Assembly: GCF_044704955.1 (NCBI RefSeq)
Contig: NC_091991.1
Span: forward strand, 30,132,001-30,196,000
Origin: Pristiophorus japonicus
Lineage: Eukaryota
DNA: 64,000 nt
Direction: 5' to 3'
Shown: positions 25,052 through 37,892 of the stretch, piece by piece
Layout: each line of letters begins with the position of its first letter
How positions within the stretch are numbered: position 1 is the first letter of the stretch
The notes under the pieces: model-generated
Database searches by the model: none
Seen by the model: only the letters and a program-made list of their open reading frames with translations
Told to the model about the DNA's origin: nothing
Program-made: the position numbers and the translations under genes

Positions 25052-25542
25052 ATTAAAAGGTTTCTGTTGATATTTTTTCAGGAGACTTTCTCATTCTACG
25101 CCCACTCCCACTGCCACAAACTAAATCCTCGTTTCCCATTTATCTCCCACCCCCCACCTCCTGCAGCTCCTCGCACATTTGACTCTCAGTTCTTTTTAGA
25201 CGAGCGCAATTATGTTAACCATTCTTTCAAACAGGGTGACTGATTCTCAAACAAACATGCTCTTAATTGAAATTGCTTCTACAAAGATCGCACCTTTCTA
25301 AACTTGCAATTCAGTTGGAGAAGAAGTAATATCCAGACTAGCAATTTTTTTTTTAAAACAAGCAATCTTCAGCTGCATCTCAATATCTGTCAGTTTTTTT
25401 CTAGATGTGTCACCGTTGTCTGCTACAATCATCCTGCATTAGCTTTTTTTTATCAGAAATTGGGATACATATCATCAGATGTTTTACAGCATTAACTTGC
25501 CAGCGTTACTGGAATTTACTTTTGACAATCTAGAAAAGGAAT

Positions 25543-25746
25543 AACAACAATAACAACTTGTATTTATATAGCGCCTTTAACGTAGTGAAACATCCCAAGG
25601 CGCTTCACAGGATAAAAATTGACACCGAGCCGCGTAAGTAGAAATTAGCGCAGGTGGCCAAAAGCTTGGTCAAAGAGATAGGTTTTAAGGAGTATCTTGA
25701 AGGAGGAAAGAGAGGTAGAGAGACGGAGAGATTTAGGCAGGGAGTT
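25543..25746 (-). mobile_element. L2 3' end
   Basis: ACAACTTGTATTTATATAGCGCCTTTAAC... tail. Confidence 0.8.
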
Positions 25747-25786
25747 GTAATACTTCTGAAGATAACTACAAAGCTTGCATTTATAT

Positions 25787-26144
25787 ACGTCTCAAATCCA
25801 GCAACCTCGGGACCGAGACCGCGCCGATTTTCAGATTTGTTCAGATTTCGGACAAAAAAATCAAGAGCGCGCATATGCTACCGAGACAGACAAATACTAA
25901 TGGTGGGGTGGGTCAGGTCGGGTCGGGCCGGGTCGAGCCGGGTCGAGGGTCATTCAGCAAGGCTCGGACCGATCGCACGGCATTTAAAAGATAGCAGCGA
26001 AGCCGATGGCTAGTCCGGCTCGCTGGTTTTTGGACAATAATTCCAGATTTTATTTTACTGATCATCAAATGGGATTTTCTCAAAAACGTCCGGTTTTCGG
26101 ACAATTCCGATTTTTGGACAGACGGATTTGAGATGTTGTACCTG
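25787..26144. mobile_element. Tc1/mariner (Tigger/pogo-like) MITE with eroded left end, inserted in an L2 tail
   Basis: ACGTCTCAAATCC ... GGATTTGAGATGTTGTACCTG inverted termini at a TA within CATTTATATA|GCACCTTTAAC. Confidence 0.65.
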
Positions 26145-26749
26145 CAGCACCTTTAACACAGTGAAATGTTCCAAGGAGCTTCACAAGAGCAGTAAACACA
26201 CAGCACCTACAAAGAGAACAGAGAGGTTAACTATTCAAAGATCTATACACGAAGCATTAACCTGTCTTTTCTCTTTTCTTTTGAATGCCGGCAGACCCGC
26301 TGGACATTTCCAGCACTCTGTTTAATTTGATCCCCTGTGACAAACTCCCTTAATTTAAAAAAAAAGGGCAAAGCTTTTGACCCAGTTTGAGCGTCCATTA
26401 GGATTCAAAAAATCTTTACACAAATATTTTTTTTTGTAGCAAGCCGATAATCTGAAGCTTCTGTGAATATTTGTGCTTGTTGTTAAGATGCTGCCGTGAG
26501 GAATTCATTCCACTAGCAATGTGTTGGTATGTCTTATGTTCACAGATGAATACACAGCCTCCAACCACTGCTCTCGGTGCTGTGATGCTGACTCTGAAAT
26601 TTTAACTCACGATTAAATGATGTAAAAACACACAAAACCGCGCACGAACCCATCCCAGTTCCATAACAGCAATCCAGTGCCATTCTTTGCAACTCTCTGC
26701 CACAATTATTACCACCTAAAACCAATTAGCACAATGTTCATCTCACTTC

Positions 26750-27490
26750 GACATTCACTCCCTCCACCACTGGCACACTGTGTCTGCAGTGTGTACCATC
26801 TACAAGATGCACTGCGGCAACTTGCCAAGGCTTCTTCTTCAGCAGCTCCCAAATCCACGACCTCTACCACCTAGAAGGTCACAGGAAGCAGGCACATGGG
26901 AGCACCATCACCTCCACATTACCCTCCAAGTCACACACCAGCCTGATTTGGACATATGTCGTCCTTCCTTCACTGTAACAGCACTGTGGGCGTACCTTAA
27001 CCACACCACACTTGACCACAACACTCAAGAAGCTCGACAGCATCCAGGACAAAGCAGCCTGCTGATTGGCATCCCATTCATCGTCTTCAACATTCACTCC
27101 CTCCACCACCGGAGCACCGTGGCTGCAGTGTGCACCATCTACAAGATGCACTGCAGTAACTAATCAAGGCTTCTTCAACAGCACCTCCCAAACCCGCGAT
27201 CTCTACCACCCTGAAGCCCTTGGCTGCAGGCGCATGGGAACACCACTACCTCCACGTTCCCTCCAAGTCACACCCAGCCTGACTTGGAAATATATCGGCC
27301 GTTCCTTCATCGTCACTGGGTAAAAATCCTGGAACTCCCTCCCTAACAGCACTGTGGGAGTACCTTCACCACAAGGACTACAGCGGTTCAGGAAGGTGGC
27401 TCACCACCACTTTCTCAAAGACAATTAGGGATGGGCAATAAATGCTGGCCTTGCCAGCGAAGCCCACATCCCGGTATGAATAAAAAATAA
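26750..27490 (+). mobile_element. Two tandem 3' fragments of the second CR1/Jockey-group LINE family
   Basis: NIHSLHHRSTVAAVCTIYKMHC motif occurs twice; end GGGCAATAAATGCTGGCCTTGCC. Confidence 0.8.
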
Positions 27491-27705
27491 AAAAGAACCT
27501 TGCCGTTTGTTGGACCTAGCTATGTGTAATTGGCACCCGTGTTTGTTTGCAACAGTGATTGTACCTCAAAAGCACTTCTTTAGCTGTGATCTTCTGAGGA
27601 TGTGACAGGCACTATAGAAATTACCCATGGAGTCTTACAGAACAGAAGGAGGCCATTTGGTTCATCGTGGCTGTGCCGGCTGTGCAACTGTTTTCTTATC
27701 AAGTC

Positions 27706-28180
27706 AACAACAACAACTTGCATTTATATAGCGCCTATAATGTAGTAAAATGTCCCAAGGTGCTTTATAGGGACGTCATCAAACTAAATTTGACATTTAG
27801 TTTGATGATGCCCCTATAAAGTCACATAAGGACATATTAGGAAGATGTCCAAAAGTTTGGTCAAAGAGATAGGTTTTAAGGAACATCGTAAAGGAGGTGA
27901 GCGAGGTAGAGAGGCGGAGAGGCTTAAGGAGGGAATTCCAGAGATTAGGGCCTAGGCAGATGGAAGCACAGCCGCCAATGGTGGAGCGATTAAAATTGGG
28001 GATGCACAAGAGACCACAATTGCAGGAGCATAGAGATCATTGATGGTTGAAGCGCTGGAGGAGGTTACAGATATAGGGAGGGTCAAGGCCATGGAGGGCT
28101 TTGAACACAAGGATGCGAATTTTAAAATTGAGGCTTTGCCGGTCTGGGAGCCAATGTAGTTCAGCGAGCACAGGGGAGAT
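27706..28180 (-). mobile_element. L2 3' fragment
   Basis: SPVLAELHWLP, LGPNLWNSL, FLKTYLF; (TTG)n tail. Confidence 0.85.
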
Positions 28181-28429
28181 GATTCCATTGGTCCAATCCC
28201 TCCACAGGAAGCAGCAAGTCCCACAGCCGCTGGAGATCCTCAACCCCAAATGCAGTATCATAGAACATCACTGCAATGAAACAGGCCTTTTGGCCCGTGA
28301 AGTCAGCATTGGCATTTTGCTCCATTTAAGTCCTCTAGTCCGAACCCACTCTCCTGCGCACTCCCCATATCTTTTGATATTCCTCTTTTACAAGCAACTA
28401 TCAAACACCCATTTAAATGAATTTATGGG

Positions 28430-29098
28430 TATAATGTATTTGCATCAAGGGTTCTTTGCTTAAGAATTCATAGCAACACATTGCTATTGAGAACTAGTTG
28501 GTTTATTCGCTAAAGGTTTAACAAATCACACCACACATTAGCAGTTCATCCACCAGGCTCACAACCACTTGCCTCATCGTGGATCCCCCGAACCCATCTG
28601 GCTGGGGTTTTATTGAGTCTTATGAACATCACGTGACTGGCTAAGCCACTCCCAACTCAACAGCTCTACACTATTTTTGTTAAACCATAATTCAAATGCC
28701 CCCTTATTAAAGGGGCGCTGAAACCGACAAATTAAACAAATTAAACTTTTAACATTAATGGATCAAATTAAAATTTGGTTGATGGGGGTGATGATGCACT
28801 CCAGTTCCTCCGGTGCCCACCTCTCGCGGAAGACCACGAGCGTACTGGTGGACACCGCGTGCTCTATCTCCAGGGACACTCTGGCTCGAACGTAACCGCA
28901 GAAGAGAGGCAGGCAGTCGGGCTGAGTGACCCCTTCGACCACCTTGGCCATGCCCAGGAGCAGTCCTACGAGGAGGCCCTCCGACCTGCCCGCTCCCCTC
29001 CACACAGGGTGCCCAAAGATCAGGAGTGTGGGACTGAAGTGCAACCAGAAATTGAGGAGCAACTCAACAGCACTACAAACCTGTGAGCATACATTATA
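28430..29098 (-). mobile_element. Solo LTR (copy 2) carrying one Tx1 fragment
   Basis: Homologous to 19606-20765; perfect TSD ATGGG (28425-28429 and 29099-29103). Confidence 0.88.
28670..29059 (-). mobile_element. Tx1-clade LINE 3' fragment
   Basis: ORF 28763-29062 (...RARVSLEIEHAVSTSTLVVFRERWAPEELECII..); 17-bp TSD CAACTCAACAGC(T/A)CTAC. Confidence 0.82.
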
Positions 29099-29959
29099 AT
29101 GGGCCCTGTTTCAACACGATAGCAAAAGTCAACTCCAGAGCACCTTCTTTAAGTCGTCTTACCTTCCAAGTCAGTAATTCACTGATCTTAACCATAAAAC
29201 CCAGTTTAAATAGGTTACCATATAAATTTGGTTTTACAGTTAGGGCCTGCCTCGTAGGCACTACAGAAATGGCAAGGTTACTGATATTACAAAGCCCTGA
29301 ACAGTGCTACAGTATTTATAGCATAAGTTATGAGTGAGGTGATTTTTTTAGTATAATAATCTTTGATGTATTGGAACATTACATTGTGACCACAGCTTCT
29401 AGTGTCAGATCAAAGAGAGCATTGAGCATGAAAGCCAATCAGTAAAGGAGATTGAAAAGAGCAATTTTAGAATTTATTGACCAGTTTTTTTGTAATTGGT
29501 AGCAACCTGTGCATTCTTAAGAGCCACTCAGCTGTATCCAGCTTGCCAAATCACTGTTAAACTCCAGCTAGAAGGTCTAATCCCCTGACTAGGAACAGAA
29601 GGATTACTCCTCACCCGTAACCACTGACTGTGTAACCAGGGAATTCAGCAAGGTGCAAATCAATGTGAGTCAGTTCGAGTGGCCATACAATAAAAAGCTA
29701 GATGATTGCCTATTGCTTACAACATGTTTGACGACTTTACTTCATATACGTCTGTAAAACGCAGAATGTTGCAGACCTGTTTTCTTACTTCTCAACATTT
29801 AATTCAAGCCCAAATTCTGAATCTTTTCAAATAAAACAGCATAACAAAAGATGCTAAATTTGACCTTTTTTTTAATCTGCCTACTGCGGTGATAATCGGG
29901 TTTTAATTTCTTCCCTGCGTTTAATGTTAGTAATGTCAATGTTAGTAATGTTAGTTTGG

Positions 29960-30400
29960 AGGGTAGGACCCTCGCATCTGAATCAGAAAGTCGTGAGTTC
30001 AAGTCCCACTCTAGAGACCTGAGCACAAAAATCTAGGCTAACACTCCCAGTGCAGTACTGAGAGAGTCCTGCACTGTCAGAGGCGCCATCTGTTGGATCA
30101 GCCGTTAAACCGAGGCCCCGTCTGCCCTCTCAGGTGGACGTAAAAGATCTCACGGCACTATTACGAGATTAAGCAGGGAAGTTATCCCCGGTGTCCTGGC
30201 CAATATTTATCCCTCAACCAACATCACTAAAACAGATTATCAGGTCATTATCAAATTGCTGTTCGTGGGAGCTTGCTGTGCACAAATTGGCTGCCGCATT
30301 TTCTGCATTACAACAGCGACTACAGTTCAAAAAGTACTCCATTGGCTGTAAAGCATTTTGGAACATCTGATGGTCCATCTGATAAAGCAAGTCATTCTTT
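29960..30400 (+). mobile_element. SacSINE1-like SINE
   Basis: Match to the other copies. Confidence 0.85.
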
Positions 30401-30589
30401 AATAAGGAAATATAGCTAAAGAAACTTCTATTTCCATCAGCATAGGAGGAAGAATAACAACCACAGGCAGAACTAGATTTCCTACCAGTAGAAACCTTGC
30501 TATTGCCCACAAAACATATTCCGGGTCCTAAATGTTAAGCTATTTTAGATGTTAAGAGAATTCAATTTTTCAGACAGGATACATTGCAA

Positions 30590-31442
30590 ATAAAATTCAA
30601 TATAGAGAAGTGTAAAGTGGTTAATTTTGGTTGGAGAAATAAGGAGGTCACTTATTCCTTGGAAGCTAAAAAACTAAATGGTAGTAGAGGAGCAAAGAGA
30701 TATGGGAATACAAAAATATAAATTGCTAAAAGTGGCAATGCAAGTTGATAAGGCAATTAAAAAATGCAAATAAAGTACTGGGGTTCACTTATAGAGGAAT
30801 AGAATACAAAATCAGGGACGTAATGTTAAATTTATAGAGAACCTTGTTTAGACCACACTTGGAAACTTGTCTGCAATTCTGGTCTCCATATTACAAAAAG
30901 GATGTTGGTGCACTGGAGAAAGTGCAGAAAAGATTAACAAGGATGTTACCAGAATGGAGTGGTTGCAACCAGTAGGAAAGGTTGAGCCAGCTGGGACTCT
31001 TTTCCCTGGAAACAGAAGGTAAGAGGAGACCTAAAACATAATCGATAGGGTGGATCTGGGGAGAGTTATGTGACTCTGGGTTTAAAGTGGCTTTGAAATA
31101 ATAAAACAATAAATATTGATGAAGTCCACTTATGGGTGAGCAAGAAAAAGGGGGCATAAATATAAGAGAGCCGTTGAAAGATCAAATAAAGAATTTAGAA
31201 GGAATTTATTTACACAGAGGGTGGTGAGAATGTGGGATTCAATGGCACATGGAGTATTTGAAGCTGATAGCATTGATGCAGTTAAGGGACGGCATGATGT
31301 ATACATGAGAGAAAAGAGGGCTATGGGGGCAGCGTGGGAAGAGGTAGTTAGAGTAGGAACAGGCTTGTGCAGAGTATAAACTCTGGCGTAGACCAGTTGG
31401 GCCAAATGGCCTGTTTCTATGATGTAGATTTTATGTAACTCT
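30590..31442 (+). mobile_element. Older CR1 fragment
   Basis: Degenerate ORF2 end (KCKVVNFG, RTLFRPHLE, QFWSPYYKKD, RVVRMWDS) and tail. Confidence 0.8.
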
Positions 31443-32872
31443 GGGTTCAAAGTGGCTTTGAAATAATAAAACAATAAATATTGATGAAGTCAAATCAAAA
31501 CCTGACATCTGCCACAATTTTGAATCCTGTTCCATTGATCAACCACTACCGCAGTGCACCAAATACTGAGCATGCTCTAACTGAGTCTACTAGGAACCCT
31601 ACAGATACACCAGCACCACAAAGCCACCTACCACCTTCCCCACTAGACTACCAGGGGACCTACAAGCACACCACTATCTCAATGCCAAGTTCTCCCTACC
31701 CCCACCCCCATCCCGTAGATTCTCAAGAATGGTATAAATATACTTCCACCTGGATACCTTCTATCATTTGCTGTACTAGATAGACCACTAAGGATTTGGC
31801 ATCAACATCATCACCACAAGACCACCGACCATCCTCCGCACCATATCACCAATGGTCCAACGTGTACACACTGCAAAGCTGCATCTATACAATAGTCCAT
31901 CAGAAACTGAGTGGACTATCTCATACCATGAAGTCACATCCTCACCCACAAGGGACTGGGCACATACCATGCTCCCAATCAGATGTTTGCGGGAGAGTGT
32001 TTGCTCTATCAAAGCTACAATGAAAGCTCTCTACTTGATGCTTTGGTTTCAGCTGCAGGGGGTGGCAATATCTTATCGATTAATCAGTAGGATATACAAA
32101 ATGGTGCTTTGTACTTATGGAGATCATGTTTATGTTTCTACATATGTACCGCACTACTTTTATTACAAGACCGCCTCTTCCCCTTTCACAACCCACTATT
32201 GTCAGAATGTGGCATAATTGAGCCATTAACAAAGAAACCCATAATGGCCCAATTTGGGATGCATAAATGTGTTGATTTGGTTTATTATTCCCAATAAATT
32301 ATTTTAGATGACATTTTGTTATGGAATCAAGTGGATGTATCAATGCACTCCTCCTGTGAGCATTATGTCACACGATGTATAATAGCTTCATTAAATATAT
32401 TATGTGAATAGACTTGTTTGAGAGTTCAATTTTTTTTTAAACTATGATAATGGCAAACGATCAAGTGTTGATGCTGGTTACATTGACCTGGCATGTGCTG
32501 TCATTATGTACTGTGTTGGCCTAAATTAATTTTTAGTCTAACCATTTGGTGTCAACTTTCAAATAGTGAGTGTTTTCCTTTTGTACAACAAACCATTATT
32601 TTCTATAATTGTCTTATTATAAATATTGATAAGTAGAATTACATAACTAATTTTATTCAATAGTTCTTAACTTACAGTCATTAAAAAAATCTAAAAAAAA
32701 TGTTATAAATTTTTGGGTTCAAGAATGCTCCTCAATAATTAAGCAATATTACCTAGTCTTGTTTACAGGTGAAATGGTGCGTGCAATTTTCTGAAAGCGG
32801 TGGTTAAGTAGTCAACCTTTGGTGGCAGTGGTAATGTTTAAAGAATTGTATTTCCTTCAGTTTTCAGTACTA

Positions 32873-33224
32873 CAGGTTGAACCTCCCTTATCCGGAACCC
32901 TCGGGACCTGGCCTGTTCTGGATAAAGGATTTTTCCAGGCAAGGGGTGGTCACGTTAAATTGGATGGTACAGGTACTGAGCAAGGGGATATCGGGGCTGG
33001 CTGGCTTGGGGCTGGTTGTGCGGCAGAGAGATCATGGGGGCGGGAGGGGGGGTGGTTGCGGTGAATCACGGGGTCAGGCCAGCGATTGCGGCAGTCGGCA
33101 GCGAGGAAGGACTTCAATTTGTTCATGTCGGAGTTCTGCGCATGCGTCACCCGGTGTCCGGGAATGGTTCCAGACAAGGGGTGGTTCCGGATAAAGAAGA
33201 TCTGGATAAGGGAGGTTCAACCTG
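32873..33224. mobile_element. Tc1/mariner (Tigger/pogo-like) MITE
   Basis: Perfect TIR CAGGTTGAACCTCCCTTATCC / GGATAAGGGAGGTTCAACCTG with TA on both sides. Confidence 0.9.
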
Positions 33225-34109
33225 TATTACACATTATTATGATTAATAAGTACAAAAATGACATTTTGAAAGGGAAAAATCCAGTTAATAAAGTCATAAA
33301 TATATTTTACTTGTATGAACACTTTGCAGTGCTGAGCGTGAAATAAAAATCAGCTGATGTTTCAAAAGCAGGGGTATCCTATTCCCATCTCCACACAGCA
33401 ATCTCTGTCCTGTACCAGCGATTGTTGTAACTCATTAGAATATGATTAAATTAGAAATTACATCATTAAATTACATGAAATAGAAGTCTTACCATCTTAT
33501 ACACATAAAACATTATTCCTCAAAACTATTTTTGGTACGTCTGTCTCCCACTTACACACACACGCACTTACACAGTCATATATACATACGCATTTACATT
33601 TATATGCACACAAAATAAAGATAGCAAGCCAGATAATTCACGTCATCAGCCTACAAGGCACGCTGATAACTAAGTACATAGCTCTTTCAGAGAGCCTGTA
33701 CAGGCCGTTCTGTAAGATTCTGTAATTCGAAACATTTGCCGTAGCAGATTTCTCTCTGGCTGTGAATGATCCTCCAGGTGAAACACACAGAAGAAATTTG
33801 TGCAGGGAGGATTGCAGGCCCATAATGGAGTCTGCTCAAATTTCTATCCATTTAAATCAAAATATCAAGCTTTGTCTGAGAACGTTCCTGTGAAGCACCT
33901 TGGGACATTTTACTACGTTAAAAAAAGGTGCTTTACAAATGCAAGTTGTTGTTGCTACAGGTATGACAACCTATCCATCTGCTTTTCCTCTATGCACTCC
34001 ACCCACACGATTATTTGCACCCAAGCGCAGAAGAGGAGAATGTGCCTCTGAAGATTTTCCCACATCATTTTTACAACTTATACTTTACATACCACTATAA
34101 TGAGAGGTT

Positions 34110-34540
34110 GGAACATAAGAACATAAGAAATAGGAGCAAGAGTAGGCCATACGGCCCCTCAAGTCTGCTCCGCCATTCAATAAGATCATGGCTGATTTGA
34201 TCTTGGGCTCAGCTCCACTTCCCTGCCCGCTCCCCATAACCCTTCACTCCCTTATTGTTCAAAACCTCAAATCTACTTTCCCACCCTATCCACATAGCTC
34301 TTGATTCCTCTAAAGTTCAAAAATCCATCGATCTCAGCCTTGAATATACTCTCAACGACTGAGCCTCCACAGACCTTCGGGGTAGAGAATTCCAAAGATT
34401 CACAACCCTCTGAGTGAAGAAATTCCTCCTTATCACAGTCCTAGATGGCTGACCCCTTATCCTGAGACTACGCCCCCTAGTTCTAGACTCTCCAGCCAGG
34501 GGAAACAACCTCTCAGCATCTACCCTGTCAGGCCCTCTTG
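34110..34540 (-). mobile_element. CR1 3' fragment(s)
   Basis: ORF 34317-34508 and (TTCTTATG)n tail. Confidence 0.85.
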
Positions 34541-34874
34541 AACATGGAAATCAATCAGATATGTTATTTTAACATAGTGAAGTTCACCTTTCATTGCCAT
34601 TTCTCTTAAAGCATTGGAGTCAACATTTAGTTTAAAAAAAACTTCTGAGGTACAAGTAGGAGCTTAAAAAAGCTTACATTTAATTATTCAGTTCCTAATT
34701 ATCTACAATGAAATATCTAGATAGCTGCAGTAAAAGTGTGTTTTAGAAATACACTGACATCAACTCTTCAGCCATTGGTGCCTGCTGATCACAGTCATAA
34801 CTTGCATGAAGAGTGAATACCAGTTACACAAGCATATAATAGGCCGAGAACTTTAATAAACTCTTAATAGTAAC

Positions 34875-35394
34875 GATTAGAATATTTGTTTCAATGGATA
34901 GATTTCTTATACGGGTACATTGGAAATGTTTAATTTTTGGAGCACTGCATAGCATAGAACTATATTATATAGAAATTACAGCACAGACACAGGCCATTCG
35001 GCCCAACTGGTCTATGCGGACATTTATGCTCCACACGAGTCTCCTCCCACTTTACTTCATAAGACCATAAGAATTAGGAGCAGGAGTCGGCCATTCGGCC
35101 CCTCGAGCCTGCTCCGCCATTCAATAAGATCATGGCTGATCTTCTACCTCAACTCCATTTTCTCAGTCATGATCTCATTGAATGGCGGAGTAGGCTCGAG
35201 GAGCCAAATGGCCAACTCCTGCTCCTAATTCTTATGTTCTTATGAAGTAGAGTGGGAGGAGGCTCATGTGGAGCATAAATGTTTGTGCTGTAATTTCTAT
35301 ATAATGCAATTCTATGTTATGCAGTGCTCTAAAAATTACACATGTCCAATCTACCCATATAAGAAATCTATCCATTGAAAAAAATATTCTGATC
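34875..35394. repeat. Long inverted duplication (fold-back) inside nested CR1 tails
   Basis: 34875-35139 is the reverse complement of 35163-35394, apart from scattered substitutions and a deletion of about 33 nt. Confidence 0.9.
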
Positions 35395-35650
35395 TATCCT
35401 CATTCCCTTTGATTCCCTTCGTATCCAAAAATCTATCGATCTCTGTCTTGAATATACTCAAAGACTGCATCTCCACAGCCCTCTGGGGTAGAGAATTCCA
35501 AAGATTCATCACCCTCTATGTGAAGAAGTTTCTCCTCATCTCAGTCCTAAATGGCCGACCCCTTATTCTGAGACTGTGAACCCTGGTTCTAGACTCCCCA
35601 GCCAGGGGAAACATCCTTCCTGCATCTACCTTGTCAAGACCTGTAAAAAT
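35395..35650 (-). mobile_element. Continuation of the CR1 interrupted by the fold-back
   Basis: CR1 sequence resumes (ATTCCCTTTGATTCCC...GAATTCCAAAGATTCATC). Confidence 0.8.
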
Positions 35651-36292
35651 TGTGTTTGTTTCAACTTACCCTATCCACATATCATACAATCATAGAATGG
35701 TTACAGCACGGACAAAGGCCATTCTCTCATGTACTTACTCTGCCTTCTATGCCTTCGTCTCAGCCACACCCTGTGGAAGCACGTTCAACATTCTCCCCAC
35801 TCTCTGAGTTTGCAGATTTAACTACAAATGTTATTTATAACAATGCATAAAGCTGAGTCCCACGAGCTTGCAAAATTCATTATAAGTCTATACTTTGGGT
35901 TCGAATCCATAACACCCTTCATAATCAGGCACCCGACCTGAGCTACATAATTCAATCAGCATTACTTGCTCTGTGTTATGTCATTATTGTATTAACAAGG
36001 AACACTTGCCATCATTGGTTTACTATTTTCATTTATGGATGGACAGCTCCTTTCAAATTTAAAGTACATCCTTACCTATCAGCGTTGCATTTGAAACCTC
36101 AAGCACCATTTGAAGCTCATGTACAGTAATCAGAATTCATATGTTTTGTAAATGAAATTAAAATTGCTGCAAAAGAAATCAATGTACATCAACGAAAGTG
36201 AAGGTTGATTTTTGTGAGCCTTCATCTTTCAACAGAGCAGATTTTTATGATGTGGAAACTACAAACTAGACGTAGGAGCTATCATTCTATCT

Positions 36293-36740
36293 CAACAACA
36301 ACAACAACAACAACTGGTATTTATATAGCACCTTTAACGTAGTAAAATGTACCAAGGCGCATCACTGTTATAAAACAACACTTTTGACACCGAAGGAAAG
36401 AGAGGTAGAGAGGCAGAGAGGTTTAGGCAGGGAGTTCCAGAGCTTAGGGCCTAGGCAACAGAAGGCACGGCCACTAATGGTTGAGTGATTATAATCAGGG
36501 ATGCTCAAGAGGGCAGAATTTGAGGAGCGCAGACAGCTCGGGGGGTGTTGTGGGGCTGGAGGAGATTACAGAGATAGGGAGGGTCGAGGTCATGGAGGAA
36601 TTTGTAAACAAGATGAGAATTTTGAAATCGAAGCATTGCTTAACCGGAGCCAATATAGATCAGCGAGTACAGGGGTGATGGGTGAGCGGGACATGGTGCG
36701 AGTTAGGTCACGGGCTGCCGAGTTTTGGATCACCTATAGT
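36293..36740 (-). mobile_element. L2 3' fragment
   Basis: (CAA)n tail and L2 ORF2 end. Confidence 0.82.
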
Positions 36741-36939
36741 TTACATCTCAAACATGTTTCAACAATCCAAGATTTCAGACTCTTGATACACACTTGCTGA
36801 CACATGGACATTGGCGAAAAACTGATACAAGCTTCACCTTTGAGCAGCATCCAGATTGTAATGAACCATTAATTCCAACATCTGGTTCATCTGGGTGAGA
36901 AACAAATCTATTTCTATGGACCTTCTTACAATTCCATTT

Positions 36940-37578
36940 GCAACAACAACTTGCATTTATATAGTGCCTTTAATGTGGTAAAACGTCTCAAATGCTTCAC
37001 AGCAGCGTTATAAAATAAAATTTGACATTGAGCCACATAAGGACATGATGGGCCGAAATGGCTTCCTTCTGTGCTGTCAATTTTTATGATAAGGAGAAAT
37101 TAAGCAGATCATAGAATCATAGAATCATAGAAAAATTACAACACAGAAGGAGGCCATTCGGCCCATCGTGTCCGTGCCGGTAGCAGAAGAGTTACCCAGC
37201 CTCATCCCACCTTCCAGTACTAGGTCCATAGCCCTGTAGGTTACGGCTCTTTAAGTGCACATCCAAGTACTTTTTAAATGTGATGAGGGTTTCTGCTTCT
37301 ACCACCCTTTCAGGCAATGAGCTGACCATTAGTTTGGTCAAAGAGGTAGGTTTAAAGGAGCATCTTAAAGGAGGAAAGAGAGGTATAAAGGTTTTGGGAG
37401 GGAATTCCAGAGCTTAGCAGAGACTGGCAGCTAATTGCACCACCGCCAATGGTGGAGCGATTAAAATCAGGGGTGTTCAAGAGACCAAAATTAGAGCAGT
37501 GCAGGCATCTTAGGGAATTGTGGGGCTGGAGGAGATTACAGAGATAGGGAGGGGCGAGGCCATTGAGGGATTTGAAAA
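36940..37578 (-). mobile_element. L2 3' fragment with nested CR1 tails (about 37045-37090 + and 37110-37320 -)
   Basis: The L2 sequence resumes at TGACCATTAGTTTGGTCAAAGAGG after the CR1 insert. Confidence 0.75.
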
Positions 37579-37751
37579 ATTAGTGTTTATTATGCATCAA
37601 AAATTGAACGTGTAAATTACACGTATAAGAGTTGCCTAGAAATAGTTTGAGATATGCATAGTATGTGAGTCTTCCTCTCCCTTACCACCAATTTTAAGTG
37701 GAGGTTCTGGGTGTGTTTACACTAAAGTGTGGAAGCAAAGTGGTTTCCACT

Positions 37752-37892
37752 TCATAAGAACATAAGAAATAGAAGCAGAAGTAGGCCATTTGGCCCCTCG
37801 AGCCTGCTCCGCCATTCAATAAGATCATGGCTGATCTGATCTTGGCCTCAACTCCACTTCCCTGACCGTTCCCCATAACCCTTGACTTCCTA
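37752..37892 (-). mobile_element. CR1 3' tail
   Basis: CATAAGAACATAAGAAATAG...CCCCATAACCCTTG. Confidence 0.8.
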
